From a virus, in IMG/VR virus record IMGVR_UViG_3300031857_000054, positions 32,001 to 96,000 of that record: DNA of 64,000 nucleotides; one strand, given 5' to 3'. The notes below the pieces were generated by a model. It had not been told where the DNA came from, ran no database searches, and saw nothing but the letters and a program-made list of their open reading frames with translations. Made by a program: the position numbers and the translations under genes. Every line of letters starts with the position of its first letter. The first letter of the stretch is position 1. Below are positions 1 through 6,991 of the stretch, in pieces.

Positions 1-335
1 CGTATATAACCCTATCTGTAGTTTATCTATATTAAGTCGTTGTCAGTTATCTTAACCTAATGCAATTTAGAGTGAAGAGATAAAACTATGGGGGGATGAG
101 TCCCCATCTCTCTAATGCATTCATTATCAATTAGTTATGAGAATCAATTCTTTGCTTTTTGCTGTAGTTTAGTGCACAAATATGCAATTCTCAGGCACTT
201 TATTTGGTGTAAAATAGCGATAAATTGCATGAATTAGCTTCAAATAAGTGGCTTATGATTAGAACGTAAGATGTTAGAGCAGTTGCTTTTTTACTCTCTT
301 TGGTTCCTACTGTTATTGTCTCTCTCTATATAGGG

Positions 336-361
336 GAAAACAAAAGCACCCCGAAGGGTGC
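336..361 (-). terminator. Intrinsic terminator (UUCG loop) downstream of the 375-956 gene
   Basis: Minus strand GCACCC-TTCG-GGGTGC-TTTTGTTTT. Confidence 0.75.
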
Positions 362-374
362 TCTTGGTTAACTG

Positions 375-956
375 TTAGAAGGGAACATCGTCCGCATTCG
401 CAGTTTCTTCTGCGGGAACATTCTCTGTAAGTGAAGAGAGGTCCGCTGTAGTACGCTGTGCGACAACCATTACTTTGTCAGCGTAGTCCTTGGTATCAGG
501 GCGCAAGAAGCACTTACGATACACAAAGTTGCCGTGTCCGTCAGTAACACGCTGTTTGGTTTCTCTGTCCAATTTGAAGGCAGATTCACGAACAATGTAG
601 TTACCGTTAGCGTCCTTTTCATTGATGATTTTGTAACTAACGGCTTCGTTAAAGTCAGCAGTTTCAATGATTTGGATACGCACAGCACGACCGAAAACAG
701 ATTCCAAGTTTACAGGGCTGATGCCGTTGTCTTGGAATTTGTAGGGTTCGCTAGAAGAGGTATGCGAAATTTCGTCGGCTTTAATGCCAAAGGCTTTTTC
801 GAATACATCCATAGAGAATGTGTGAATAGCGGTACGCAATAAACGAGATTGCAAACCGAGTGAGAAGGCGGATAGTGAGTCGGATTCTACGCCACATAGA
901 ACGCTAACGGAACCTTTTCCGTTAACCCAAGCCGAATAAGCGTTAACTGTGCTCAT
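375..956 (-). CDS. Putative single-stranded DNA-binding protein or SSB-tail protein
   Basis: 193 aa, beta-rich, acidic tail ending DDVPF like bacterial SSB C-termini; flanked by motif B and a terminator. Confidence 0.45.
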   Translation of the reverse strand: MSTVNAYSAWVNGKGSVSVLCGVESDSLSAFSLGLQSRLLRTAIHTFSMDVFEKAFGIKADEISHTSSSEPYKFQDNGISPVNLESVFGRAVRIQIIETADFNEAVSYKIINEKDANGNYIVRESAFKLDRETKQRVTDGHGNFVYRKCFLRPDTKDYADKVMVVAQRTTADLSSLTENVPAEETANADDVPF

Positions 957-981
957 ACTGAATAGTAATTAGGCAAAAAGG

Positions 982-1006
982 AAAAGAAAAAACCCCCGTA
1001 GGGGGG
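982..1006 (-). terminator. Terminator-like hairpin (UACG loop) fused to motif B
   Basis: Minus strand CCCC-TACG-GGGG-TTTTTTCTTTT. Confidence 0.55.
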
Positions 1007-1324
1007 ATATCGGCCGTTAGGCGTAAGACCGTTAAACGCAAATGACCGAGCGAAGCGAGGTCTTATTGGCTTTGTTTAACTTTTATTTGTCTCAACACGG
1101 GGAATTTTTTGACTAGCCCTGTTTTGTTTAACTTTTTGTTTAACGTTTGGCTTACAAACTTACACAAACTTGTACCTGTTAAGCCGTAATTAGGACGTAA
1201 GATTGTAGTGTAGGCTTATCTTTTTTAGAGAAGAGGTGGTAATAGTAGGAAGGAAAAGAAAAAACGGAGGACGGTGATTAGGACTTAAGATGGTAGTGTA
1301 GGATGTCCTAGAGTACCAAAGGAG

Positions 1325-1612
1325 TCAGTCAGACTCCCTTGGATACACTATGAGACCTTTAGGTGTTAGTTCCGCTAGATCTTCCACAAAGCCGTCAACA
1401 AGTGTCTCTATTAGAGTGTACTTGTCAAAGACCATTACTAGAACTACACCGTGGTGAGTTTTAGTTGCTGTGTAGGATATGGGATGCATGTCTTTTACGA
1501 CATTACTTACGAAGGTTGAGTCATCTGATGTCATCTTCAATGAATCATTGACTTGTTGTCCACATGCTGTACAAGCCATGGACAAGAATAGGATTACGAA
1601 TAATGTTCTCAT
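1325..1612 (-). CDS. Small exported protein (signal peptide or lipoprotein)
   Basis: MRTLFVILFLSMACTACGQQ: basic start, hydrophobic stretch, Cys then Gln; motif B directly upstream. Confidence 0.7.
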   Translation of the reverse strand: MRTLFVILFLSMACTACGQQVNDSLKMTSDDSTFVSNVVKDMHPISYTATKTHHGVVLVMVFDKYTLIETLVDGFVEDLAELTPKGLIVYPRESD

Positions 1613-1620
1613 AGGATAAG

Positions 1621-1646
1621 AAAGAATAAACCCCCCGAAGGGGGTT
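1621..1646 (-). terminator. Intrinsic terminator (UUCG loop) fused to motif B
   Basis: Minus strand AACCCCC-TTCG-GGGGGTT-TATTCTTT. Confidence 0.7.
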
Positions 1647-1650
1647 ATTG

Positions 1651-1998
1651 TTAGTCTTTACGTGGTCTACCCCGTTTGCCTTTAGGCTTGTCACTCTCTT
1701 CAGGTTCTACTGCTACTTCAGGTTCCACGTAATCCCAAGGCTTACCGAAGTACTCGAGATATGTTCTCTCCATTTCACGCAAGGTAGCACCGATGCTTTC
1801 TTGGTATTTGAACTGTTGAGTGAGTGTGAACTCTGACTGAAGGTTGCCGAGCATTTTAGACACGGTTCTTTCTTTGGTCAATTTGTAGAAATCTAATTGA
1901 CGTTCGATAGTGTAGCGCATTTCCATTTCTAGATTCTCTGCGTGTTTTTGAAGCATGTCGTTAATCAACGATTTAGCTTCGGGTGAGTTGGCTCTCAT
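1651..1998 (-). CDS. Hypothetical helical protein with C-terminal AT-hook-like motif
   Basis: 115 aa ending KPKGKRGRPRKD; motif B upstream. Confidence 0.7.
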   Translation of the reverse strand: MRANSPEAKSLINDMLQKHAENLEMEMRYTIERQLDFYKLTKERTVSKMLGNLQSEFTLTQQFKYQESIGATLREMERTYLEYFGKPWDYVEPEVAVEPEESDKPKGKRGRPRKD

Positions 1999-2026
1999 AG
2001 CAGTAGGGAAAAGAAAAAAGAAGTCG

Positions 2027-2305
2027 TTAGACTTCCTTAAACTTTTTTAGTTGGTTAGTAAGAGTAGTCCATTCTATTCTTACTGTTGCCATCACCATCC
2101 TTAATGCTTTACTTTGTCTTTCGTTTCTTTCTTTCTCTTCTTGATTTAGTCCGATGAGTGGATTTTTACCTACTCTTTCCCTTCTTCTGTTTTCCACCTC
2201 AATCCTGTAAGTTTCCTTTTCTACCTTTGCTAATTGTCTACCTAACTTACCCAGAATGTCTTCCACAATCTGTAGCCGTAGTTCTAACATTATTTTTGAT
2301 TCCAT
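2027..2305 (-). CDS. Hypothetical coiled-coil protein
   Basis: 92 aa, K/R/E-rich heptads; motif B 18 nt upstream of ATG. Confidence 0.7.
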   Translation of the reverse strand: MESKIMLELRLQIVEDILGKLGRQLAKVEKETYRIEVENRRRERVGKNPLIGLNQEEKERNERQSKALRMVMATVRIEWTTLTNQLKKFKEV

Positions 2306-2327
2306 ATAATAGGAAAGAAAAAAGGTC

Positions 2328-2516
2328 TTACGACCCTTTCTCTATCAACTCACGGTATTTCCTAGCCTCATGCAGTAGATCTACTACATTGGATAGGAAC
2401 GACCGTTCAAGTCGAGCCAACGCTTTGTGTGAGTCATTCTCTGACTCATTAAGTTCTAATTGGATATCTACCACGATAGACTCCAACGCATCGAATACAT
2501 ATTCATATTTCTCCAT
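2328..2516 (-). CDS. Hypothetical protein, 62 aa (start corrected from 2576 to ATG at 2516)
   Basis: Motif B lies 18 nt before the ATG at 2516 (MEKYEYVF...), as in the other cassettes. Confidence 0.65.
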   Translation of the reverse strand: MEKYEYVFDALESIVVDIQLELNESENDSHKALARLERSFLSNVVDLLHEARKYRELIEKGS

Positions 2517-2583
2517 ACAATGAGAAAGAAAAAACTCTCTATCGTAGTTAGTTCTTAAGATTACAGTGCAGCCCAATCCAAGT

Positions 2584-2603
2584 TAAAAGGGGCTTTCGCC
2601 CCT
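2584..2603 (-). terminator. Intrinsic terminator (GAAA loop)
   Basis: Minus strand AGGGGC-GAAA-GCCCCT-TTT just after the stop at 2608. Confidence 0.7.
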
Positions 2604-2607
2604 GATG

Positions 2608-2727
2608 TTAGAATTTGTTGAACTCGTTGTGCCAGTAATTCTTGTTTGACTTGCTACAACTGTGACCACGACCTGATGCGCAGGACATCAGTCCCACAAT
2701 CACCACTGCTACTATTAGATATCTCAT
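2608..2727 (-). CDS. 39-aa lipoprotein (not in ORF track)
   Basis: MRYLIVAVVIVGLMSCASGRGHSCSKSNKNYWHNEFNKF*; lipobox LMSC; motif B 18 nt upstream, terminator downstream. Confidence 0.7.
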   Translation of the reverse strand: MRYLIVAVVIVGLMSCASGRGHSCSKSNKNYWHNEFNKF

Positions 2728-2734
2728 ACAATAG

Positions 2735-2768
2735 AAAAGAAAAAACTACCCTGATATGCAGGGTAGTT
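2735..2768 (-). terminator. Intrinsic terminator fused to motif B
   Basis: Minus strand AACTACCCTG-CATAT-CAGGGTAGTT-TTTCTTTT, 10-bp stem. Confidence 0.7.
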
Positions 2769-2871
2769 GTAAGGGCGCTACCCCATGTTGTGGTCTTACG
2801 TGAACTAGCTTTACGTTCACCGCACTTTGGCAGATGAGTACATAATAGTAGGATATCCCTACTACTATAAG

Positions 2872-2897
2872 AAAGAAAAAAAGCCCGTGAGGGCTTT
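2872..2897 (-). terminator. Intrinsic terminator fused to motif B
   Basis: Minus strand AAAGCCC-TCAC-GGGCTTT-TTTTCTTT just after the stop at 2901. Confidence 0.65.
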
Positions 2898-2900
2898 CTT

Positions 2901-3074
2901 CTAGGCTTTCTTTCGAGGCCAACTCAATAGTGCAAGTGCCCAGTAACCTAGTGCAATACATGCACTGAAGTACTGAATAGGACTACCAATAGGACACGCT
3001 GTCAAGGCAACCCATGCAGCCATCAAGCCCAATCCTATCAGGAACAAGCTTGGAATCTCTCTGTATTTACTCAT
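2901..3074 (-). CDS. 57-aa two-helix membrane protein (not in ORF track)
   Basis: MSKYREIPSLFLIGLGLMAAWVALTACPIGSPIQYFSACIALGYWALALLSWPRKKA*; motif B 21 nt upstream. Confidence 0.7.
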   Translation of the reverse strand: MSKYREIPSLFLIGLGLMAAWVALTACPIGSPIQYFSACIALGYWALALLSWPRKKA

Positions 3075-3101
3075 AGCACTATGAGAAAGAATAAACCGTC
3101 G

Positions 3102-3332
3102 TTAGACGGTTCTTCTTCTCTTTGTGTGTGCCATATCAATCCAGGTCAGCACTGCAATTGGCACCATCCATCCGAAGGCGAAGACCCACTCTACGACCTT
3201 GGTGAACTCTTCGCCCCAATCCGCGACCATTCCTGCTCTGAAATACACAGTCATGAAGCCACTTGCTACTACCCAAACCAAACCACTGATTGCCGCAATG
3301 GCAATCAATGTACTCTTTATTATTCTATTCAT
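3102..3332 (-). CDS. 76-aa two-helix membrane protein (start corrected to ATG at 3332)
   Basis: MNRIIKSTLIAIAAISGLVWVV...; two hydrophobic segments and a basic tail; motif B 18 nt upstream. Confidence 0.7.
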   Translation of the reverse strand: MNRIIKSTLIAIAAISGLVWVVASGFMTVYFRAGMVADWGEEFTKVVEWVFAFGWMVPIAVLTWIDMAHTKRRRTV

Positions 3333-3358
3333 AGAATAAGAAAGAAAAAACAATAGGA

Positions 3359-3541
3359 CTAATGTCCTATTGCTTTTGACTTACAATAATAGTAGGCATC
3401 CATAGCATCGGATGTTGTTTCATCCCATTCTACTCTTGTCTCTAGTTTAGGGTTCTTCTCGCAGAACTCATTGTAAGTCATTCCTTCTGTGTAGACCAAT
3501 GTCTCATCATTGTACGCTACTTGCGTGATTGTTATCTTCAT
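3359..3541 (-). CDS. Hypothetical protein, 60 aa
   Basis: ORF preceded by motif B at the canonical spacing. Confidence 0.65.
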   Translation of the reverse strand: MKITITQVAYNDETLVYTEGMTYNEFCEKNPKLETRVEWDETTSDAMDAYYYCKSKAIGH

Positions 3542-3549
3542 ACTATGGA

Positions 3550-3577
3550 ACAGAATAAACCTGCCCCGAAGGGCAGG
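3550..3577 (-). terminator. Intrinsic terminator (UUCG loop) fused to motif B
   Basis: Minus strand CCTGCCC-TTCG-GGGCAGG-TTTATTCTGT. Confidence 0.7.
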
Positions 3578-3587
3578 CTCTCTCTCT

Positions 3588-3902
3588 CTAGAACGGCAGC
3601 TCGTCGACCTCTTCTTCTCTTGCCTCGAATGGACTTGCTGCTTCTACTATCATTGGCTCGTCCTTCATCCACCCACCATCTATCCAAGTATAGTAGTAGG
3701 TAGTGTAATCCATACAGTACTCAGGCATGTGTTGGTTCTCGTCTGGATGATATACAGCATACTCTCTCCATGTCCCAACTCGCACGATGCCTCCGTGTCC
3801 TTCCACCTGAACTTCCATCCCACTGACATCAAGACCCATCTCGTTCCACGAAGTTGCCATCTCTTCCGCGACAGCAACTAACTTTTTAAATTTATCTATC
3901 AT
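3588..3902 (-). CDS. Acidic hypothetical protein with SSB-like C-terminal tip
   Basis: 104 aa ending EEEVDELPF; motif B 21 nt upstream. Confidence 0.7.
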   Translation of the reverse strand: MIDKFKKLVAVAEEMATSWNEMGLDVSGMEVQVEGHGGIVRVGTWREYAVYHPDENQHMPEYCMDYTTYYYTWIDGGWMKDEPMIVEAASPFEAREEEVDELPF

Positions 3903-4082
3903 AGCAGGATAGAACAGAATAAACTCCTCTGAAATGACGGGGGGTACCCCGACACTCTATCGGAAGATGGGGGGATCTAATCTAACATCCCCCACCCTCG
4001 TATAGACATCCTAAAATTGTGGGGGTTGAAAATTTTGGGGGTGATTTGGCTGTTGAGGTGCTTGGGACCGAAATAGGTAAGA

Positions 4083-4700
4083 TTAGTTACCAGGAACTAC
4101 ATCGTAGTAGTAGCTATCGGTATCTTCTGATACCCATCTGTCTGATTGGTTCTCTACACTTGGGTGTTCTGTGTCTACTTTTATAGCAGTAGGACTTACA
4201 GGGAAGGGTTTAGTTACCCAGTTAGAATCTTTCCAGAATATGCGGTTATTGGGCATGCATAGTAGGTATCCCTCATCTGCTACTAGTATATGCCCTGCCT
4301 TATAGTCGGAAGGCTCATCACTGTATGGGTTATTGTACCAGTCTACTGTGAACAGGTAATTGGCCCAAATCAAACTTTTGTCTTTAAGGATTACCTGGCA
4401 TCTATGCTCGCTTAGGAAATCATAATGAACTATGCTTACGTTTTCACTAAAGCAGTCCCACAGTTGTTTGAAGTGATAGGGAATGTCATTTTCAGTTTCT
4501 TTTAAGTAGAGTTCACTTATAGGTACTCTAGATCTAAGCATTCCGTAGTCTGTAATAACGTGAAAGGTAAGGATTTTACCTGCTACACTCTGTATGGCAA
4601 AGGCATATACGTTGTCGTATTCTAAATCTTCAGAGTTTTTAGTAAAGTAAGAACGTTTGACTAGAGCCTTAAAGTGTGGGATGTTGGAGTTTAGTTGCAT
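4083..4700 (-). CDS. Conserved phage protein of unknown function (likely start ATG 4700)
   Basis: Motifs QLWDCFS, YLFTVDW and PNNRIFW resemble a family seen in aquatic phages; TAACTTTG (-7-like) just upstream on the minus strand at 4707-4714. Confidence 0.7.
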   Translation of the reverse strand: MQLNSNIPHFKALVKRSYFTKNSEDLEYDNVYAFAIQSVAGKILTFHVITDYGMLRSRVPISELYLKETENDIPYHFKQLWDCFSENVSIVHYDFLSEHRCQVILKDKSLIWANYLFTVDWYNNPYSDEPSDYKAGHILVADEGYLLCMPNNRIFWKDSNWVTKPFPVSPTAIKVDTEHPSVENQSDRWVSEDTDSYYYDVVPGN

Positions 4701-4987
4701 TGTATACAAAGTTAGTAAATATTTATTTGGTGGATTTCTTTATAGGGTAGTTACGATGGAAGTAGAAGTGGTCTTATTTTATCGGTAAAATGCGGTTCCC
4801 TGCGGGGTTCCCTCTATCCTTAGGTGTGAATAACTTCTTCTTTCCTTTCTCTTGATTTTCTACTTACCTTTGGGGGACTACAGGGGGTTAGGGTGACATA
4901 CCAAGTAAACTGTAGTTAAATCCTTGGGTCCTACTAGTAGTTGAGTTTTCCTTATTAAGGGGTAGTGTGCCTTGTTGGTTTTACCTC

Positions 4988-5017
4988 TTGACTTTAATCT
5001 GTAAAGTGATATATTTG
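4988..5017 (+). promoter_or_regulatory. Bacteroidota sigma-A-type promoter
   Basis: TTG-N19-TATATTTG matches the -33/-7 consensus TTG...TAnnTTTG; 18 nt before ATG 5036. Confidence 0.75.
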
Positions 5018-5035
5018 TAGTAAGTATCTTTAACT

Positions 5036-5374
5036 ATGAGAGAAAGGCTTCACTTAATGGGTAATGGCTATGCTGGTGAGCTGGTTAGTCTTATAAAAAG
5101 TAAGAGAAGCGAGAATGTAATGATGAGTCCTTATGACTTTAATGTAATTAGAGCTAAGGTTCACTTACTGGATGGGGTTAGTTTGAGTGGAAAGGAATTG
5201 TACATTGAGTCGGTTGATGGGAACTATACAACGTATATTGGAATTAGTTCTACAATGCCGAATGGCAGTATGTACTTTAGCGATCCATACAGAACAGTAG
5301 CCTATCTGCTTTATGACGGCATAGACGAGAATGGATACTTAGTCACAGAAAATGACGAAAGGCTTTTGATATAA
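5036..5374 (+). CDS. Hypothetical protein, probably tail-fibre associated
   Basis: 112 aa; C-terminal YLVTENDERLLI; stop overlaps the start of the fibre gene. Confidence 0.6.
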   Translation: MRERLHLMGNGYAGELVSLIKSKRSENVMMSPYDFNVIRAKVHLLDGVSLSGKELYIESVDGNYTTYIGISSTMPNGSMYFSDPYRTVAYLLYDGIDENGYLVTENDERLLI

Positions 5375-6675
5375 TGGCAACCAAAGAAACAAGAGTATCC
5401 CAATTACCTCAAGCAGGGTCTTTAGCAAGTACTGATAAAGTAGTTGTGTTGAAGGCTGGTATTACGTCAATTGCTGATGTGGGTACAGTTACCTCTGCTG
5501 CTTTCTTGGGAAAGACTACTGATGCATTGCCTGAAGGAGGAAATCTTTACTTTACAAACAGTAGAGTTAAAGCTAAGGTCTTCCAAATGATTCAAGCTGG
5601 TACTGGTGTTTCTTTTGCAATCAACGATACAGCCGAGACCATTACAATCAGTGCACTAGGAGATGTAAGAAGCGTCAATACCAAAACAGGATTTGTAAGT
5701 TTGAATACAGACGATATCCCTGAGGGCACTACTAATAAATACATTACCAATCCAAGAATTGATGCTAGAGTAGCAGACTTGTTAAAAGCAGGTGCCAATG
5801 TTACTCTGAACTATAACCCAGGATTGGGGACATTGACCATTAATAGTACGGGTAATGTAAGAAGTGTAAACACGTTAACAGGAGATGTTATACTCACTAC
5901 TGATACTATAACTCAGGGAGTTAGTAATTTCTATTATACAGAAACAAAGTTTGATGCTTCGTTAGCTACCAAAACAACAACCAATTTAGCTGAAGGCACT
6001 AACCAATACTTTACTCCAGCTAGAGTTCGCACTACTGTCCTTACGGGATTTAGCAGTGGAGCCGATGCTCAGGTAGAAGGAACTGATACTGTATTACAGG
6101 GTTTTGGTAAACTACAGACTCAAGTTAGTTCTGCTAAAAACACAACAAACGCACACATAGCAAATACGTCTAATCCTCACAACGTTACTAAGGCACAGGT
6201 AGGATTGGATAACGTACCTAACGTAAATGCTACTGTTGCTTCAAACATAACAAGTGGATTACTTCCAGATGCGAGACTATCGGCAAACGTAACCCAACAA
6301 GGAAATACGTTTAATGGAGTAAACCAATTAGTTAGATTAGACGGATCAGGAAAGCTTCCTGCAATTGATGGTTCTCAGTTGACAGGATTGATTTCTCAAA
6401 TCGCTAATCTTTCTGACGTTCAACTTACTAGTTTACAGATAGGACAAAGCTTATCTTATAACGGAACAAAGTGGGTCAACTCTGCTGTGACGGCAACTGT
6501 ACGACACGATTATCAAGGAGTGTATTCTTACGTAGGAAGAGCACCTCAGTTAAGTTCTGAAGGAGCAAACGTTTGGAAAATAACAAGAATTCAAGTCCTA
6601 ACAGATGGTAACGTACTAATCACCCAAGCATTGAGTGTGTCTTGGAGTGGCAGATTAACACATACATATTCATAA
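5374..6675 (+). CDS. Tail or head fibre protein
   Basis: Four TTDxLxEGxNxYFT-like repeats, two VRSVNxxTGxVxL repeats and HIANTSNPHNVTKAQVGL, all typical of phage fibre shafts. Confidence 0.75.
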   Translation: MATKETRVSQLPQAGSLASTDKVVVLKAGITSIADVGTVTSAAFLGKTTDALPEGGNLYFTNSRVKAKVFQMIQAGTGVSFAINDTAETITISALGDVRSVNTKTGFVSLNTDDIPEGTTNKYITNPRIDARVADLLKAGANVTLNYNPGLGTLTINSTGNVRSVNTLTGDVILTTDTITQGVSNFYYTETKFDASLATKTTTNLAEGTNQYFTPARVRTTVLTGFSSGADAQVEGTDTVLQGFGKLQTQVSSAKNTTNAHIANTSNPHNVTKAQVGLDNVPNVNATVASNITSGLLPDARLSANVTQQGNTFNGVNQLVRLDGSGKLPAIDGSQLTGLISQIANLSDVQLTSLQIGQSLSYNGTKWVNSAVTATVRHDYQGVYSYVGRAPQLSSEGANVWKITRIQVLTDGNVLITQALSVSWSGRLTHTYS

Positions 6676-6694
6676 ATTATAAAATTAGAAACTT

Positions 6695-6991
6695 ATGGCA
6701 ATCATATCAACCAAACCAACCATTGTAGACGGGGTAGAGTATCCTCTACTTCTAGTTAACTTAGCCATATCTCCACTTGTTCAAGAAGGAGGAATCATCG
6801 GAGCATCAGTTGCTATGCGTTTGACTCCTTACAGAGACTTGGGAGGAAACATCGAACAACTTCCTGACTACGCTAAGGCTGTTTCTTACTTTGATGTTTT
6901 TAAAGAAGCTGAGTCTGACCCTGAAATCGCATCTGCGGTAGGAAAGATCATGACAGGTCTTCAAGAGTTTATTACTGATAAAGGACTTTAA
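6695..6991 (+). CDS. Small fibre-associated protein (possible chaperone)
   Basis: 98 aa between fibre genes, coupled to the next gene by TAATG. Confidence 0.55.
   Translation: MAIISTKPTIVDGVEYPLLLVNLAISPLVQEGGIIGASVAMRLTPYRDLGGNIEQLPDYAKAVSYFDVFKEAESDPEIASAVGKIMTGLQEFITDKGL

Larger units (their letters stand above)
259..2571 (-). repeat. Motif A: four dispersed 24-bp repeats (259-282, 1190-1213, 1278-1301, 2548-2571), candidate phage-specific promoter or operator
   Basis: Plus-strand copies: ttagaacgtaagatgttagagcag, ttaggacgtaagattgtagtgtag, ttaggacttaagatggtagtgtag, ttagttcttaagattacagtgcag. All are intergenic; partial copy at 1017-1028. Confidence 0.75.
330..3924 (-). promoter_or_regulatory. 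Motif B: 13 copies of about (G/C)TTTWTTCTKTYYYAT upstream of minus-strand cassettes; candidate early promoter or leader
   Basis: Copies near 330-345, 978-993, 1250-1265, 1616-1631, 2004-2019, 2309-2324, 2520-2535, 2731-2746, 2867-2883, 3081-3096, 3336-3351, 3545-3560, 3909-3924. In nine copies the T-run begins exactly 18 or 21 nt before the ATG. The function is inferred. Confidence 0.8.

Noticed and set aside
2746-3881. ORF-track entries 2746-2961, 3081-3356, 3124-3339, 3510-3881, 3521-3703 and 3680-3877
   Set aside because: They cross motif B or terminator elements, or are shadows of better-supported cassette genes.
330-3924. CRISPR array or integron attC array
   Set aside because: Repeats are degenerate, spacing is irregular and gene-sized, there is no attC-type inverted core, and no cas or integrase gene is in the window.
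4852-4872. Possible additional host-type promoter (TTG...TACCTTTG)
   Set aside because: Spacer is 10 nt rather than 19-21.
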